Below, in pieces: positions 27,741-37,951 of a DNA stretch of 64,000 nt. The stretch comes from Alphaproteobacteria bacterium (lineage in GTDB: Bacteria > Pseudomonadota > Alphaproteobacteria > UBA2966). The stretch covers positions 1,152,001 through 1,216,000 of the forward strand of contig OZ219856.1 in NCBI GenBank assembly GCA_964291395.2, read 5' to 3'. Each line of letters begins with the position of its first letter. Positions within the stretch are counted from its first letter, which is position 1. Made by a program: the position numbers and the translations under genes. The notes under the pieces are model-generated. The model ran no database searches, was not told where the DNA came from, and saw only the letters and a program-made list of their open reading frames with translations.

Positions 27741-28636
27741 CGGCTTCGACACCGCTGGCGACCACGGCCTCGAACGGCACCCGACCGCAGCCCCAGCGGC
27801 GGCCCGGGTTCCATTTCCCACTCGCCAAGGTTTCGTTCTACGGATTCTGCAGTCTCTCGTACATCTTCCTTCTGTCGCCCCTGGTCGTCGTCATCGGTGC
27901 GTCCCTTCACCGGGGGTCGCGTTACACGGTGGTCAAATTCCCGCCGGAAGAGCTCTCGCTCTATTGGTACACGCAGATCCCGGACGCTCACTGGGAAGCG
28001 CTGACGTTGAGCTTCAGCCTGGCATTCATGGCGTCCATTCTGGCTTGCATCGTCGGCATACCCGCCGCGCTGGGCCTGGTTCGGAGCAACCTTCCCGTCA
28101 AGGGTCTGTTCTCCTCGATCTTCCGGGCGCCCCTGCAGATTCCGTCGATCGTCACCGGCGTCGCCTTCCTGCAAATGTACTATCTGTTCGGCGACCTCAC
28201 GGGCATCTACGTGAACGGCACCTTTGCCGGCTTGCTGCTGGGACACCTGTTCGTCGGCATCCCCTATGTCGTGGGGACCGTCGGCGCCGTTCTGCAGCGT
28301 TTCGATACACGCCTCGAGGAGGCGGCGCTGAGTCTCGGGGCCGGCCGCATCACCACGTTCCGCCGGGTGACGCTTCCCGTCATCATGCCGGGCGTGTACG
28401 CTGGCGGGCTCTACGCCTTCATGGTCTCCTTCGGCGACGTGCCGATCTCGATCTTCCTGTCGGCGCCCGGGTTCGTCACTTTCCCGGTCGAGCTCTTCTA
28501 TGGAATGGAGAACGACTTCAACCCGTCCGTGCTCGCCTCGTCGACACTCGTCATCCTGTTTTCGCTCGGCCTGCTGCTGCTCATGCAGCGCATCGTCGGG
28601 CTCGAGAATCTGTTGCGCTCCGGTGGTGGCTCGTGA
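27737..28636 (+). CDS. ABC transporter permease (PotC-like)
   Basis: LEEAALSLGA, RRVTLPVIMPG; ATGA overlap with previous gene. Confidence 0.88.
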   Translation: MTASTPLATTASNGTRPQPQRRPGFHFPLAKVSFYGFCSLSYIFLLSPLVVVIGASLHRGSRYTVVKFPPEELSLYWYTQIPDAHWEALTLSFSLAFMASILACIVGIPAALGLVRSNLPVKGLFSSIFRAPLQIPSIVTGVAFLQMYYLFGDLTGIYVNGTFAGLLLGHLFVGIPYVVGTVGAVLQRFDTRLEEAALSLGAGRITTFRRVTLPVIMPGVYAGGLYAFMVSFGDVPISIFLSAPGFVTFPVELFYGMENDFNPSVLASSTLVILFSLGLLLLMQRIVGLENLLRSGGGS

Positions 28637-28769
28637 GATCCGCCCCGCGGCGCAAACTGTAAGGCGGAGCCAGGCTCGTGCGGCCTCGCTGGTACGCGTT
28701 GCGTGGTAGGAAGGGCAAGCCTTCCGCGAGTACGAGAGCAAACCCATGATTGGGGAGGAGGAAGTCTAC

Positions 28770-29858
28770 ATGCATAGCTTGTTGAAACTATCGGCCGTGG
28801 CCGCGGCTGCCGGCGTCCTCATGATGACGGCGTCCGGTCCCGCCGCCGCCGGCGACCTGGACGGTCAGGACATCAAAGTCTGCACGTGGGGCGGGTCGTG
28901 GCGCGACATTCAGCGCGACAATGTCGTCACCAATCCGGGCGGTTTGGAGGAACGGGGTGCCACGGTCACGTTCGTGACCGGCAGTCCTCAGGACAATATG
29001 GCCAAGCTCATCGCGGCACGCGGTCAGCCGGTTTGCGACGTCATCGAGATTCTCGATGCCACGTGGGACCAGATGGTCGAACTCGACTTCGTCGTCGACG
29101 AACTGGACTTCAGCCTGCTTCCGAATGCCAAGCACCTGGCGGACTGGCAGATCGGCAAGAACTTCACCGGCTCCTGGTTCACCCAGGAAGGCATTTGCTA
29201 CAACGCCGAGAAATTCGCGGAGCACGGCATTCCCACGCCGACCACCTACAAGGACCTGATCCATCCGAAGCTCGAAGGCCTGATCCAGATTCCCGACATC
29301 ACCTCGGGCGGCGGCTTGGCCAACTTCGGCGGCATCGTGAAGGCGGCGGGCGGCGACGAGAACAACGTCAAGCCGGGCCTCGACCTCATCAACGCGATGA
29401 ATGTCAAGAAGTTCTGGAAGCGCGGCAGCGAAGGCGTCACCCTGCTGGAGAACGGCGACATCTGGGCGCTCATCTCGCACGTGGGATGGTGCATGCGCGG
29501 CCACAAGGCCGGACAGACCTATCTCAAGTTCGTGCACCCGATCATCGACGACGAGCATGTCGGGGTGAACAAGTTCGGGTTCCTCAGCATCGTCAAGAAC
29601 AGTCCCATGGAGGTTCGCGCCGCGGCGCATGCCTACATCAACGGGTATCTCGACGAGGAGACCCAGTTCCAGATGTCCTCTCGTGCCGGCACGATCCCGG
29701 TGAACGTCAACGCGCAGGCGCGCCTGGCCGAGGATCCCGTGCTTGCCGAGATGGCCGTGCTCGACGCGGAGGGCATCGCCATGGAGTATCGCGTCAAGTA
29801 CAAGGGCATCGATATCACGACCTGGAACGATCAGTGGAACCGCGCCGTCACCCAGTAG
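28770..29858 (+). CDS. ABC transporter substrate-binding protein (PotD/PotF-like)
   Basis: Signal peptide, TWGGSW, C-terminal WNDQWN; RBS GGAGGAGG. Confidence 0.85.
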   Translation: MHSLLKLSAVAAAAGVLMMTASGPAAAGDLDGQDIKVCTWGGSWRDIQRDNVVTNPGGLEERGATVTFVTGSPQDNMAKLIAARGQPVCDVIEILDATWDQMVELDFVVDELDFSLLPNAKHLADWQIGKNFTGSWFTQEGICYNAEKFAEHGIPTPTTYKDLIHPKLEGLIQIPDITSGGGLANFGGIVKAAGGDENNVKPGLDLINAMNVKKFWKRGSEGVTLLENGDIWALISHVGWCMRGHKAGQTYLKFVHPIIDDEHVGVNKFGFLSIVKNSPMEVRAAAHAYINGYLDEETQFQMSSRAGTIPVNVNAQARLAEDPVLAEMAVLDAEGIAMEYRVKYKGIDITTWNDQWNRAVTQ

Positions 29859-29901
29859 GGCGATAGGCGGTTTCAAGCGTTAAGGACGGAGGAAGATCCA
29901 T

Positions 29902-30966
29902 ATGTCACGCGTCAACCTCGAACGGGTGGTCAAGCACTACGGGAGCGTCGTCGCGCTCCAGGAGATGGATCTTGAGATTCAGGAGGGTGAGTTTCTGACC
30001 CTTCTGGGTCCCTCCGGATGCGGGAAAACGACGACGTTGCGTCTCGTTGCCGGGTTCATCGAGCCCACCCAGGGCACGATCTACCTCGGCAACGACGACG
30101 TGACGTACGTCCCCCCGCAGAAGCGGGAAATCGGCATGGTCTTCCAGGACTATGCCCTGTTCCCGCACATGACGATCGCGGACAACATTGGCTTCGGCCT
30201 CAAGGAGCGTGGCGCCGGCAAGGAGGAGATCAGGAATCGCGTTGGCGAGTTGCTGGATCTGATTCATCTGCCCGGCGTCGAGGACCGCTATCCCGCCGAG
30301 CTCAGCGGCGGCCAGGCGCAGCGTGTCGCCGTGGCGCGGGCCGTGGCCTATGCGCCGCGCGTGCTCCTGATGGACGAGCCTCTCGGAGCGCTCGATCTCA
30401 AGCTTCGCGAGGCCATGCAGATTGAGCTTCGGCGCATTCAGCAGGAATTGAAGATCACGACGGTTTACGTCACCCACGACCAGGGTGAGGCGATGAACAT
30501 GTCCGACCGGATCGTGGTCATGAACCTCGGCCTGATCGAGCAGACGGGCAACGCCGAAGACATCTACAACAACCCGCGGACCAAGTTCGTCGCCGATTTC
30601 ATCGGCTCGATCAACTTCCTGCCGGCCACGATCGTAGGTGAAGAGGGAGAATGGACGGTTGCCGAAACGGTTGGGACGAGGGTCAAGGTGCCGAAAAGCG
30701 ACGCCTCCTCGTCGTCGGGTGAGGTGGCCATCGCCTTGCGGCCGGAACGTCTGGAACTGGTCGCCAACGGCGGTGACGGTATAAACATCGTGCCGGGCAC
30801 GATCTCCAACAAGATCTTCAACGGCAACCTCATGCGCGTTTTCGTAGATGTGGGCGCCGACGAGCCCGTCGTGGTCGAGCTTCCGCCCGCAGAGGTCCAC
30901 AGCGAGACAGGCGATTCGGTGAGCATCGGGTGGGCGCCGCAAAACGGCCAGGTTCTGACGGAATAG
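29902..30966 (+). CDS. ABC transporter ATP-binding protein (PotA-like)
   Basis: GPSGCGKT, FQDYALFPH, LSGGQ, DEPLGALD, TOBE-like C-terminus. Confidence 0.92.
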   Translation: MSRVNLERVVKHYGSVVALQEMDLEIQEGEFLTLLGPSGCGKTTTLRLVAGFIEPTQGTIYLGNDDVTYVPPQKREIGMVFQDYALFPHMTIADNIGFGLKERGAGKEEIRNRVGELLDLIHLPGVEDRYPAELSGGQAQRVAVARAVAYAPRVLLMDEPLGALDLKLREAMQIELRRIQQELKITTVYVTHDQGEAMNMSDRIVVMNLGLIEQTGNAEDIYNNPRTKFVADFIGSINFLPATIVGEEGEWTVAETVGTRVKVPKSDASSSSGEVAIALRPERLELVANGGDGINIVPGTISNKIFNGNLMRVFVDVGADEPVVVELPPAEVHSETGDSVSIGWAPQNGQVLTE

Positions 30967-31057
30967 TACTGTCGGGTGCCACGCTCTCCGGTTCGAGAGG
31001 GTATCTCGGGCCTGCCCGGACTGTCGCGCGGGTCGCAACAACGGATAGGGAGGTTCC

Positions 31058-31678
31058 ATGGTGGAGCAACGGGTCACGGTGAATCCGGGCGTCGTGGATT
31101 GGTCCGGTGAGAACCCTGGCATCTATCTGCGCGATGTCGATGACGGTCCGTGGGTGACTTTGGCCGTCTTTTTCCGGGTGACGATGTCTCCGTACGGCGG
31201 CGGTCACGCGATGCTGGTGCTCGACGAGCCCGATACCGGCAAGGGTTGGCCGGACGTTCGCAATTTCATCGTTAACGACAACGAGGAACTGACGCGTTAC
31301 CTGATTCGGGATTATGTCTCCGGATTCCCGTCGTTCCGCGACAAGCCGGGCCTGGAGGCGATGACTTATGTGCCTCTCGAGAGCGTGGCGTGCGCGGGCG
31401 ATCCGCAAACCGAATATTCGGAGACGGTGACGGCGGAGGGCCTGACCGCCACCATGACTTGGTCCGACACCATGGAGCCCATGGCGGTCGAGGTGACCCC
31501 GGAAACTTCCGCAACCGGCAAGCACGACATGTACAGCCTGTTCTTCGAGGCCAAGGAGGCGAAAATCGAAGTCAACAGCGAACGCCTCTCTGGAAATGTG
31601 TCGACCCGTCAGTTTTTCGGGAAAACCATGAGCACGGCCTTCCTGGCCTTTTCCGAGACCTGGGTGCGGCCGGCCTAG
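31058..31678 (+). CDS. Hypothetical protein
   Basis: RBS GGAGG; in operon; paralog of the next gene (VNPG..WSGENPG; FSETW). Confidence 0.75.
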   Translation: MVEQRVTVNPGVVDWSGENPGIYLRDVDDGPWVTLAVFFRVTMSPYGGGHAMLVLDEPDTGKGWPDVRNFIVNDNEELTRYLIRDYVSGFPSFRDKPGLEAMTYVPLESVACAGDPQTEYSETVTAEGLTATMTWSDTMEPMAVEVTPETSATGKHDMYSLFFEAKEAKIEVNSERLSGNVSTRQFFGKTMSTAFLAFSETWVRPA

Positions 31679-31729
31679 CCGAGCCGGGACTGCAGCGGAC
31701 CCGCTAAGAAACCCGAGGGAGGAACTCAG

Positions 31730-32347
31730 ATGCCGTTGTCGACGCCGGTCAATCCGGGAAAGATTTGGTGGTCGGGCGACAATCCCGGGATGCTGTTGAA
31801 GGAATCCGAGGATGGGCCGTGGACGGCCATGACCCTGTTCTTCCGGATCGTGTACACGCCGGCGGGCCGGGGAAACGCGCTGTTCCTTTACGAGCAACCG
31901 AACTCCGGCGAAAGCCTTCCCAATGCCTACAACGTCGTACTGCACGACAATGAGGACATGGCCCGTTGGCTGGCCGAGAATTTCGTGGCCCGTCTCCCCG
32001 GGCCCTTCTCCGAATCACCGGCCTTCAAGGCACTTCAGTACGTGCCTCTAACCGAATGCCGCACGTCGGGCGATACCTCGAGCCGGTACATCCAGACGGT
32101 AAAGGCGGAGGGCATGGAGATCGATCTGATTTGGGACCGGCTCGGCACGCCGACGGCGCTGGAGTTGTCGCCCGAGCACGTGGGTACGAGGTCCCACAAC
32201 CTCTTCAATCTGCTCGTCGAGTCGCGCGACGCATCGATCGTGGTGAACGGAAGGCGATTGCCCGGAAAGGTGATGCCGCGCCAGCAGGCCGGTATGGATA
32301 CGACGACCGGGTTCGTCTACTTCTCCGAGATCTGGATCGAACCCTAA
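31730..32347 (+). CDS. Hypothetical protein (paralog of the previous gene)
   Basis: VNPG..WSGDNPG, GPW..FFR, FSEIW. Confidence 0.75.
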   Translation: MPLSTPVNPGKIWWSGDNPGMLLKESEDGPWTAMTLFFRIVYTPAGRGNALFLYEQPNSGESLPNAYNVVLHDNEDMARWLAENFVARLPGPFSESPAFKALQYVPLTECRTSGDTSSRYIQTVKAEGMEIDLIWDRLGTPTALELSPEHVGTRSHNLFNLLVESRDASIVVNGRRLPGKVMPRQQAGMDTTTGFVYFSEIWIEP

Positions 32348-32401
32348 GCCTCTCGACCCGGGTTGCACCGGGTTCTGGTCGTCAAAGCGGGGGACAGGAC
32401 A

Positions 32402-33604
32402 GTGGCGAATCTCAATGCCGCCGATCAAACGGCTATCGAAAAAGTTCTTGCGGCCGAACCGGTTCTGCAGGGTCTGAAGCCCGCGTCGGAAGCGGTCGGC
32501 CTCGATCGGAACACGATCCTCCACGCAGGCCCCGCTTTTGCCAAGCCTGCCGACATCACCAAGCCCATTCTGAATTCCGCCGTCGTCGCGCTCATGTTCG
32601 AGGGAGTCGCCGGCGATTTCGAGGCGGCGGAGCAGATGATCCTTTCCGGCGACGTGGTTCCGCGGCCCGCCCAGGACTATGACGTCGTCACGCCGCTCGC
32701 GGCTTGCGTTACCTCCTCGTTCATGCTGCAGGAAGTCACGGATGTCGCCGGATCGGGCCGCGCCGCCTACACGCCGATAAACGGCGGAAACAGTCCCGGG
32801 GCCATGCGCCTCGGCGTGCGCACGGAGGAATCTCTGGAGCTCGTGCGCTGGCTCAACGGAGACTTCGCGGAAGCCCTGTCCGGCGCTCTCGGTGACCCCG
32901 TGCCGACACTACCGGTGGCCAGGACGGGCATGGAGGCGGGGGACGACTGTCACGGACGGACGCCGGCGGCCACCGAGGCGCTCGCTGGAATTCTGTCTCC
33001 GAGATTGACGGGAAGCGCCGGCGCGGAGAAGGCGGCCGGCTTCGTCAAGGAGAGTCCCAGCTACTTCCTCAATCTCTGGATGGCTTCCGCGCGCTGCATG
33101 CTGGGCGCTGCGTCGGGTACCGAGGGCAGCAGCCTGGTCATCGGGGCCGGCGGCAATGGTGCCGAGGCGGGCATACAGGTTGCGGGTCTGCCCGGGCGGT
33201 GGTTCACCGCACCCGCCGATCCCCCGAAGCACGAGGCGCCGGAAGACGTCCCGGAAGGCCGGGCGTTGGGTGCCATCGGGGACTCGGCGATCGTCGACGC
33301 CATGGGGTTCGGCGCCATGGCCATGAACCTGGCGCCGGAGCAGAAGAAGGGGATGCACCGCTTGATGCCCGAGGGCGGTCTCGAGTTGCCGGCGATGCTT
33401 CTGGCGTCCGAACATCCGGGATTCGGCGGCCTCGGCCTGTGCGTCGGCATGGCGGCGCGCACCGTCGTCGATGCGGAGCGCCGGCCCGTGGTCAGTCTCG
33501 GCGTGCTCGACAACGAGGGCGAACTGGGTCGTCTGACGGGGGGTATCTTCGAAACTCCGATGAGCGTCTTCCGGGATGCCGTGGCGGCTCTGGAGGCCGC
33601 GTGA
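32402..33604 (+). CDS. DUF1116 family (YlbE/AllG-like) protein
   Basis: ILHAGP, GDDCHGR, FLNLWMA, GNG..GIQVAG, IGDSAIVD. Confidence 0.78.
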   Translation: MANLNAADQTAIEKVLAAEPVLQGLKPASEAVGLDRNTILHAGPAFAKPADITKPILNSAVVALMFEGVAGDFEAAEQMILSGDVVPRPAQDYDVVTPLAACVTSSFMLQEVTDVAGSGRAAYTPINGGNSPGAMRLGVRTEESLELVRWLNGDFAEALSGALGDPVPTLPVARTGMEAGDDCHGRTPAATEALAGILSPRLTGSAGAEKAAGFVKESPSYFLNLWMASARCMLGAASGTEGSSLVIGAGGNGAEAGIQVAGLPGRWFTAPADPPKHEAPEDVPEGRALGAIGDSAIVDAMGFGAMAMNLAPEQKKGMHRLMPEGGLELPAMLLASEHPGFGGLGLCVGMAARTVVDAERRPVVSLGVLDNEGELGRLTGGIFETPMSVFRDAVAALEAA

Positions 33605-34881
33605 TGACCGAGCTCAACAGGCTCGGAGCCAAAGAGGTCGCCGACCTGATCGCGTCGAGGGAGGCCGGCGCCGAGGAAGTCGTCAAAGCGTGTATCGCCC
33701 GGATCGAGGAACGCGAGCCGGACGTCGGCGCCTTTCAGTACTTCGATGCGGATTACGCTCTCGAGCAGGCAAGGACCTTGGACAACGGCCCTTCCAAGGG
33801 CGTCCTCCACGGCGTGCCTCTTGGCATCAAGGACATCATCGACACGAAGGACATGCCGACAGGAAATGGCTCGCGCATCTATCAAGGCCGCCGACCCATC
33901 TCCGATGCGAGTTGCGTCGCGCTCTCGCGCGAGGCCGGCGCCATCATCCTGGGCAAGACGGTGACCACGGAATTCGCCTATTTCTTTCCGGGAAAGACCA
34001 GGAATCCACATAACCTGAGTCACACGACCGGCGGGTCGTCCATGGGGTCGGCGGCCGGTGCGGCCGACCACATGTTTCCCATCGGTTTCGGGTCGCAGAC
34101 TGCCGCCTCCGTCACGCGGCCGGCCGCCTACTGCGGTGCGCTCGGTTACAAGGCGACGACAGGGGACTTCGATCTGCAGGGCGTGTGCGGTCTCGCAGCC
34201 TCGTACGACACGCTCGGATTCCTGTGCCGCGATCTCGAGGACATCTCTCTGATGCGCCAGGCGCTGATCGGCGACCGGCCGGTGCCGCCGCGCGCCGACG
34301 GCGCGCCGCCACGGGTGGGCTTCGTCCGTACGCCCTGGTGGGACGAGGCGGATACCGCCACCCATCACGCCCTCGGGTGGGCCGCCGAGAAATTGGCGGG
34401 CGAGGGGGCGGATGTAACGGAACCGACGTTGCCGTCGGAATTCGGCGAGCTGATCGAGACGCACAAACTGGTGATGGCGTTCGACGCTGCCCGCGCTCGC
34501 GCGTACGAATACGTCAATCATCCGGACGAGCTCAGTCCGCAGTTCACCGCTCTGATGGAGGAAGGCCGCGCCGTGTCTTACGCAGACTATCGGGCCGCGC
34601 AGACGCGGTCGGTCGCTTGCCGAAAGCAGGTCGCGGACCTGATGTCCGACGTCGACGTCTTGTTGGCGCCAAGCGCGCCGGGCGAAGCCCCCGAAGGACA
34701 TGCCGCAACCGGCGATCCCATCTTCAGCCGCATGTGGACATTGCTCCACGTTCCTTCCGTGACCCTGCCCGTGGCGACGGGTGATTCCGGACTGCCCATC
34801 GGCGTGCAGATTATCGGCAAGGCCCATGGCGACGGTACGTTGATCAGCGACGCGCGGTGGATTTACGACCGGCTCGAGTAG
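33604..34881 (+). CDS. Amidase-signature family enzyme 1
   Basis: LHGVPLGIKD, GKTVTTEFA, GGSSMGS, GSQTAAS. Confidence 0.92.
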   Translation: MTELNRLGAKEVADLIASREAGAEEVVKACIARIEEREPDVGAFQYFDADYALEQARTLDNGPSKGVLHGVPLGIKDIIDTKDMPTGNGSRIYQGRRPISDASCVALSREAGAIILGKTVTTEFAYFFPGKTRNPHNLSHTTGGSSMGSAAGAADHMFPIGFGSQTAASVTRPAAYCGALGYKATTGDFDLQGVCGLAASYDTLGFLCRDLEDISLMRQALIGDRPVPPRADGAPPRVGFVRTPWWDEADTATHHALGWAAEKLAGEGADVTEPTLPSEFGELIETHKLVMAFDAARARAYEYVNHPDELSPQFTALMEEGRAVSYADYRAAQTRSVACRKQVADLMSDVDVLLAPSAPGEAPEGHAATGDPIFSRMWTLLHVPSVTLPVATGDSGLPIGVQIIGKAHGDGTLISDARWIYDRLE

Positions 34882-34908
34882 CGTCGGCATCGAGACGCGA
34901 TTTCGGCG

Positions 34909-36210
34909 ATGGTGAACCTCATGCATCTCGATGTCCGCGAGGCCGCGCATGCCGTCGCCTCGGGAGAGGTGAGCGCCGAGGAGCTGGTGCAGGCCTGCCT
35001 CGACCGGATCTCCGCGCGCGAGGACGAGGTCCGGGCTTTCGAATACCTCGACCCCGGGTACGCCCTCGATCAGGCCCGAAATCTGGACAACGGGCCGCGG
35101 CTCGGCCCCCTCCACGGCGTGCCCATCGGCATCAAGGATACCTATGACACGGCCGATATGACGTCGGCCTATGGCTCGCCGATCCATGAAGGCAACCGGC
35201 CCCGCGCGGATGCCAGCGCCGTCGCGCTATGCCGCGCAGCCGGGGCGGTGATCGTCGGGAAGACGGTCTCGACGGAGTTCGCCTATTGGAGCCCGGGCAA
35301 GACGCGGAACCCCCGCAATCTCGATCATACCCCCGGCGGTTCGTCGAGCGGTTCGGCGGCCGCGGTCGCCGACAACATGCTGCCGTTGGCGTTCGGTTCG
35401 CAGACGGCGGCGTCGGTCATTCGGCCGGCGGCGTTCTGCGGCGTGTTCGGCTACAAGGCGACCCGTGGCGGTATCGATTCCCGTGGTCTTCTTCCCTTGG
35501 CCCCGACGCTGGACTCGCCAGGGTTCTTCACGCGCGCGCTCGGTGACATCAATCTTGTGCGTTCCGTGCTCGTCGGCGATGACCCGAATCCCGCGCCTCG
35601 GCCCGACGATTCGCCGCCCCGGATCGGCCTCGTGCGGACCGTGCATTGGGACGAGGCCGATCCTGCCAGCCGTGACCTCGTGGAGGATTCAGCGCACCGT
35701 CTCGCCGGCGCGGGTGCCCCGGTCTCGGAGCCGGTGATGCCGGACGGGTTCCAGCACCTCGCGGAGATTCAGAACACGATCATGGCGTTCGAGATCGCCC
35801 GCGGGTTCGCCTGGGAATACGCCAATCACCGCGACAAGCTCAGCGACACCTTCCGCGAGATCGTGGAGACGGGGCTGTCGACGCCTTACGATGACTATGT
35901 TTCGGCCATCACCGCGGCGGATCGCTGTCGTGCCGGCCTTGCCGCCGTCATGGAGGACTACGACGTCCTCATCGCGCCGAGCGCGGTGGGCGAGGCGCCG
36001 GCGGGAACAGGGTCGACGGGAGACCCCCTGTTCAGCCGGATGTGGACGCTGATGTACCTGCCGTCCGTCCATCTGCCGACGGGCTCCGGACCGAACGGCC
36101 TGCCCGTGGGGATTCAGGTGATGGGACGTTGCCATCGCGACAGCCGGTTGGTGATCGACGCCCAGTGGATGTGGGATCGCCTGGTCTCGTCCGGAACGCG
36201 CGCGGCATGA
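34909..36210 (+). CDS. Amidase-signature family enzyme 2
   Basis: LHGVPIGIKD, TPGGSSSGS, GSQTAAS. Confidence 0.92.
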   Translation: MVNLMHLDVREAAHAVASGEVSAEELVQACLDRISAREDEVRAFEYLDPGYALDQARNLDNGPRLGPLHGVPIGIKDTYDTADMTSAYGSPIHEGNRPRADASAVALCRAAGAVIVGKTVSTEFAYWSPGKTRNPRNLDHTPGGSSSGSAAAVADNMLPLAFGSQTAASVIRPAAFCGVFGYKATRGGIDSRGLLPLAPTLDSPGFFTRALGDINLVRSVLVGDDPNPAPRPDDSPPRIGLVRTVHWDEADPASRDLVEDSAHRLAGAGAPVSEPVMPDGFQHLAEIQNTIMAFEIARGFAWEYANHRDKLSDTFREIVETGLSTPYDDYVSAITAADRCRAGLAAVMEDYDVLIAPSAVGEAPAGTGSTGDPLFSRMWTLMYLPSVHLPTGSGPNGLPVGIQVMGRCHRDSRLVIDAQWMWDRLVSSGTRAA

Positions 36211-37481
36211 CGCCTCGCAACGAGCTGGCCGCCCATGAGGTCGTCAGCCTGATCGCGTCCGGCGAAACCAGCGCCGAGGAGGTGACGCGCGCATGCCTCG
36301 CGCGGATCGAGGCGCGCGAACCGGTCGTCGGGGCTTTCGAGTACCTCGATCCGGCTTACGCGATCGCGCAGGCGAGAGCGCTCGACGACGGTCCCCTGCG
36401 CGGACCGCTGCACGGGCTCCCCATCGGCGTCAAGGACTGTTTCGAGACCTTCGACATGCCGACGGGTTATGGCAGCGAGATCTACGGCGGCAACAACACC
36501 GGGCGGGATGCGGCGATCGTCACCCTGATGCGCAATGCCGGCGCGGTCATCTTGGGCAAGACCGTGACCAGCGAATTCATCGCGTTCTGGCCCGGCAAGA
36601 CTCGAAACCCGCACAACCCGGAACACACGACCGGCGTATCGTCGATGGGTTCGGCGGCGGGCGTCGCGGACATGATGGCGCCTGTCGGTTTGGCGACCCA
36701 GTCGGGCGGCTCGACGATCCGTCCCGCGGCCCACTGCGGGGTGATCGGATACAAGTCGAGCTACGGCGAGATGCCGACGGATGGGCTCATGCCCATGCAG
36801 GCGAGCACGGACACCGTCGGGTTCATGGTCCGTCATGTCGAGGACGCCGTCCTCATGCGGAAGGCGCTGCTGGGGGCCGAGCCGGCGCCGTCGCGCCCGG
36901 CCGGGAGTCCGCCCCGCGTGGCGCTCATCCGCACGAGCCACTGGGAGGAGGCCGAGCCGATCACCCACGAGGTCATCGAGCGCGTCGCCGGGAAGCTGCG
37001 GGCCGCCGGCGCCGTCGTGGAGGAACCCGCCATGGCGGGCCGTCTCGACGGGTTCACGGACGTCGCCGTTGCGATCCAGCGGTTCGAGTTCGCGCACTGG
37101 CGGGCCTATGAATGGACGCACCATCGCGAGGAGATCAGCGCACCCCTGCGGGAGTTCATGGAGGAGGGCTGGAAAACGAGCTTCGAGGACTACAACCGGG
37201 CGCAGATCACGGCTGCGGAAATGCGGGCCGCGTTCGATACCCTTTTCGACGACTACGATCTGGTGTTGACGCCGAGCGCCGCGGGCGAGGCGCTCAAGCT
37301 CGGGTATCCGACCGGCAGTTCGAACTTCAACCGCATGTGGTCCTTGCTGCACGGTCCGGGCATCAATTTGCCGGCCGGCAGGGGGCCGCAAGGCCTGCCT
37401 GTCGGCGTGCAGCTCATCGGCCGCAAATACGGTGACGACAGATTTCTCGCCGACGCGGCCTGGGTCCACGAGCGGATCTGA
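36207..37481 (+). CDS. Amidase-signature family enzyme 3
   Basis: LHGLPIGVKD, GVSSMGS, TQSGGS; ATGA overlap. Confidence 0.9.
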   Translation: MTPRNELAAHEVVSLIASGETSAEEVTRACLARIEAREPVVGAFEYLDPAYAIAQARALDDGPLRGPLHGLPIGVKDCFETFDMPTGYGSEIYGGNNTGRDAAIVTLMRNAGAVILGKTVTSEFIAFWPGKTRNPHNPEHTTGVSSMGSAAGVADMMAPVGLATQSGGSTIRPAAHCGVIGYKSSYGEMPTDGLMPMQASTDTVGFMVRHVEDAVLMRKALLGAEPAPSRPAGSPPRVALIRTSHWEEAEPITHEVIERVAGKLRAAGAVVEEPAMAGRLDGFTDVAVAIQRFEFAHWRAYEWTHHREEISAPLREFMEEGWKTSFEDYNRAQITAAEMRAAFDTLFDDYDLVLTPSAAGEALKLGYPTGSSNFNRMWSLLHGPGINLPAGRGPQGLPVGVQLIGRKYGDDRFLADAAWVHERI

Positions 37482-37917
37482 AACCTTCTACGTCTTCTAC
37501 GTCGACGTCGGGCGGGTTCCGTTCCTCGACGATCAGGGGGCGTAGAACCCCCTGGCCGCCTGTTCCCATTACCGGTGGCGGGGGTGCCGGCAGGTGCCGG
37601 GATGCGGGACGGGACCGCATCGACATGACGCCGGCGGGTCGGCACGCAAGCGGTGCAAGGCATCCGCCGGTGGAGTTTCATGGATAAGCAGGTTGAAGTT
37701 TGCCGAAGTGTTTCCTTGCAGCAATTCTCATTATGGCGTTGATCAATCCCTCCCCCGTCAGGGAGAGGAACGCGGGTTGGCACCGCCGCGGCTCCTTCCC
37801 CGACAGAAGACGGAACCTGCAAGAATCCCGACCATGATCCGCAAGCCCCCGATGACCTCGAAACCCCACAATGGGAATTGCTGGTTTCCTTGACGGCGAT
37901 GGGTGCGAACGGGCCTC

Positions 37918-37947
37918 TTACCCTACAATTTAAATTTAGTAGGGTAA
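37918..37947. promoter_or_regulatory. Inverted repeat, putative operator
   Basis: TTACCCTAC-12 bp pure A/T spacer-GTAGGGTAA, ending 4 nt before ATG 37952. Confidence 0.55.
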
Positions 37948-37951
37948 TTCC

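Noticed and set aside
26693-28636. 647-aa fused permease ORF
   Set aside because: The N-terminal half overlaps the real PotB-like gene in another frame; the real start is ATG 27737.
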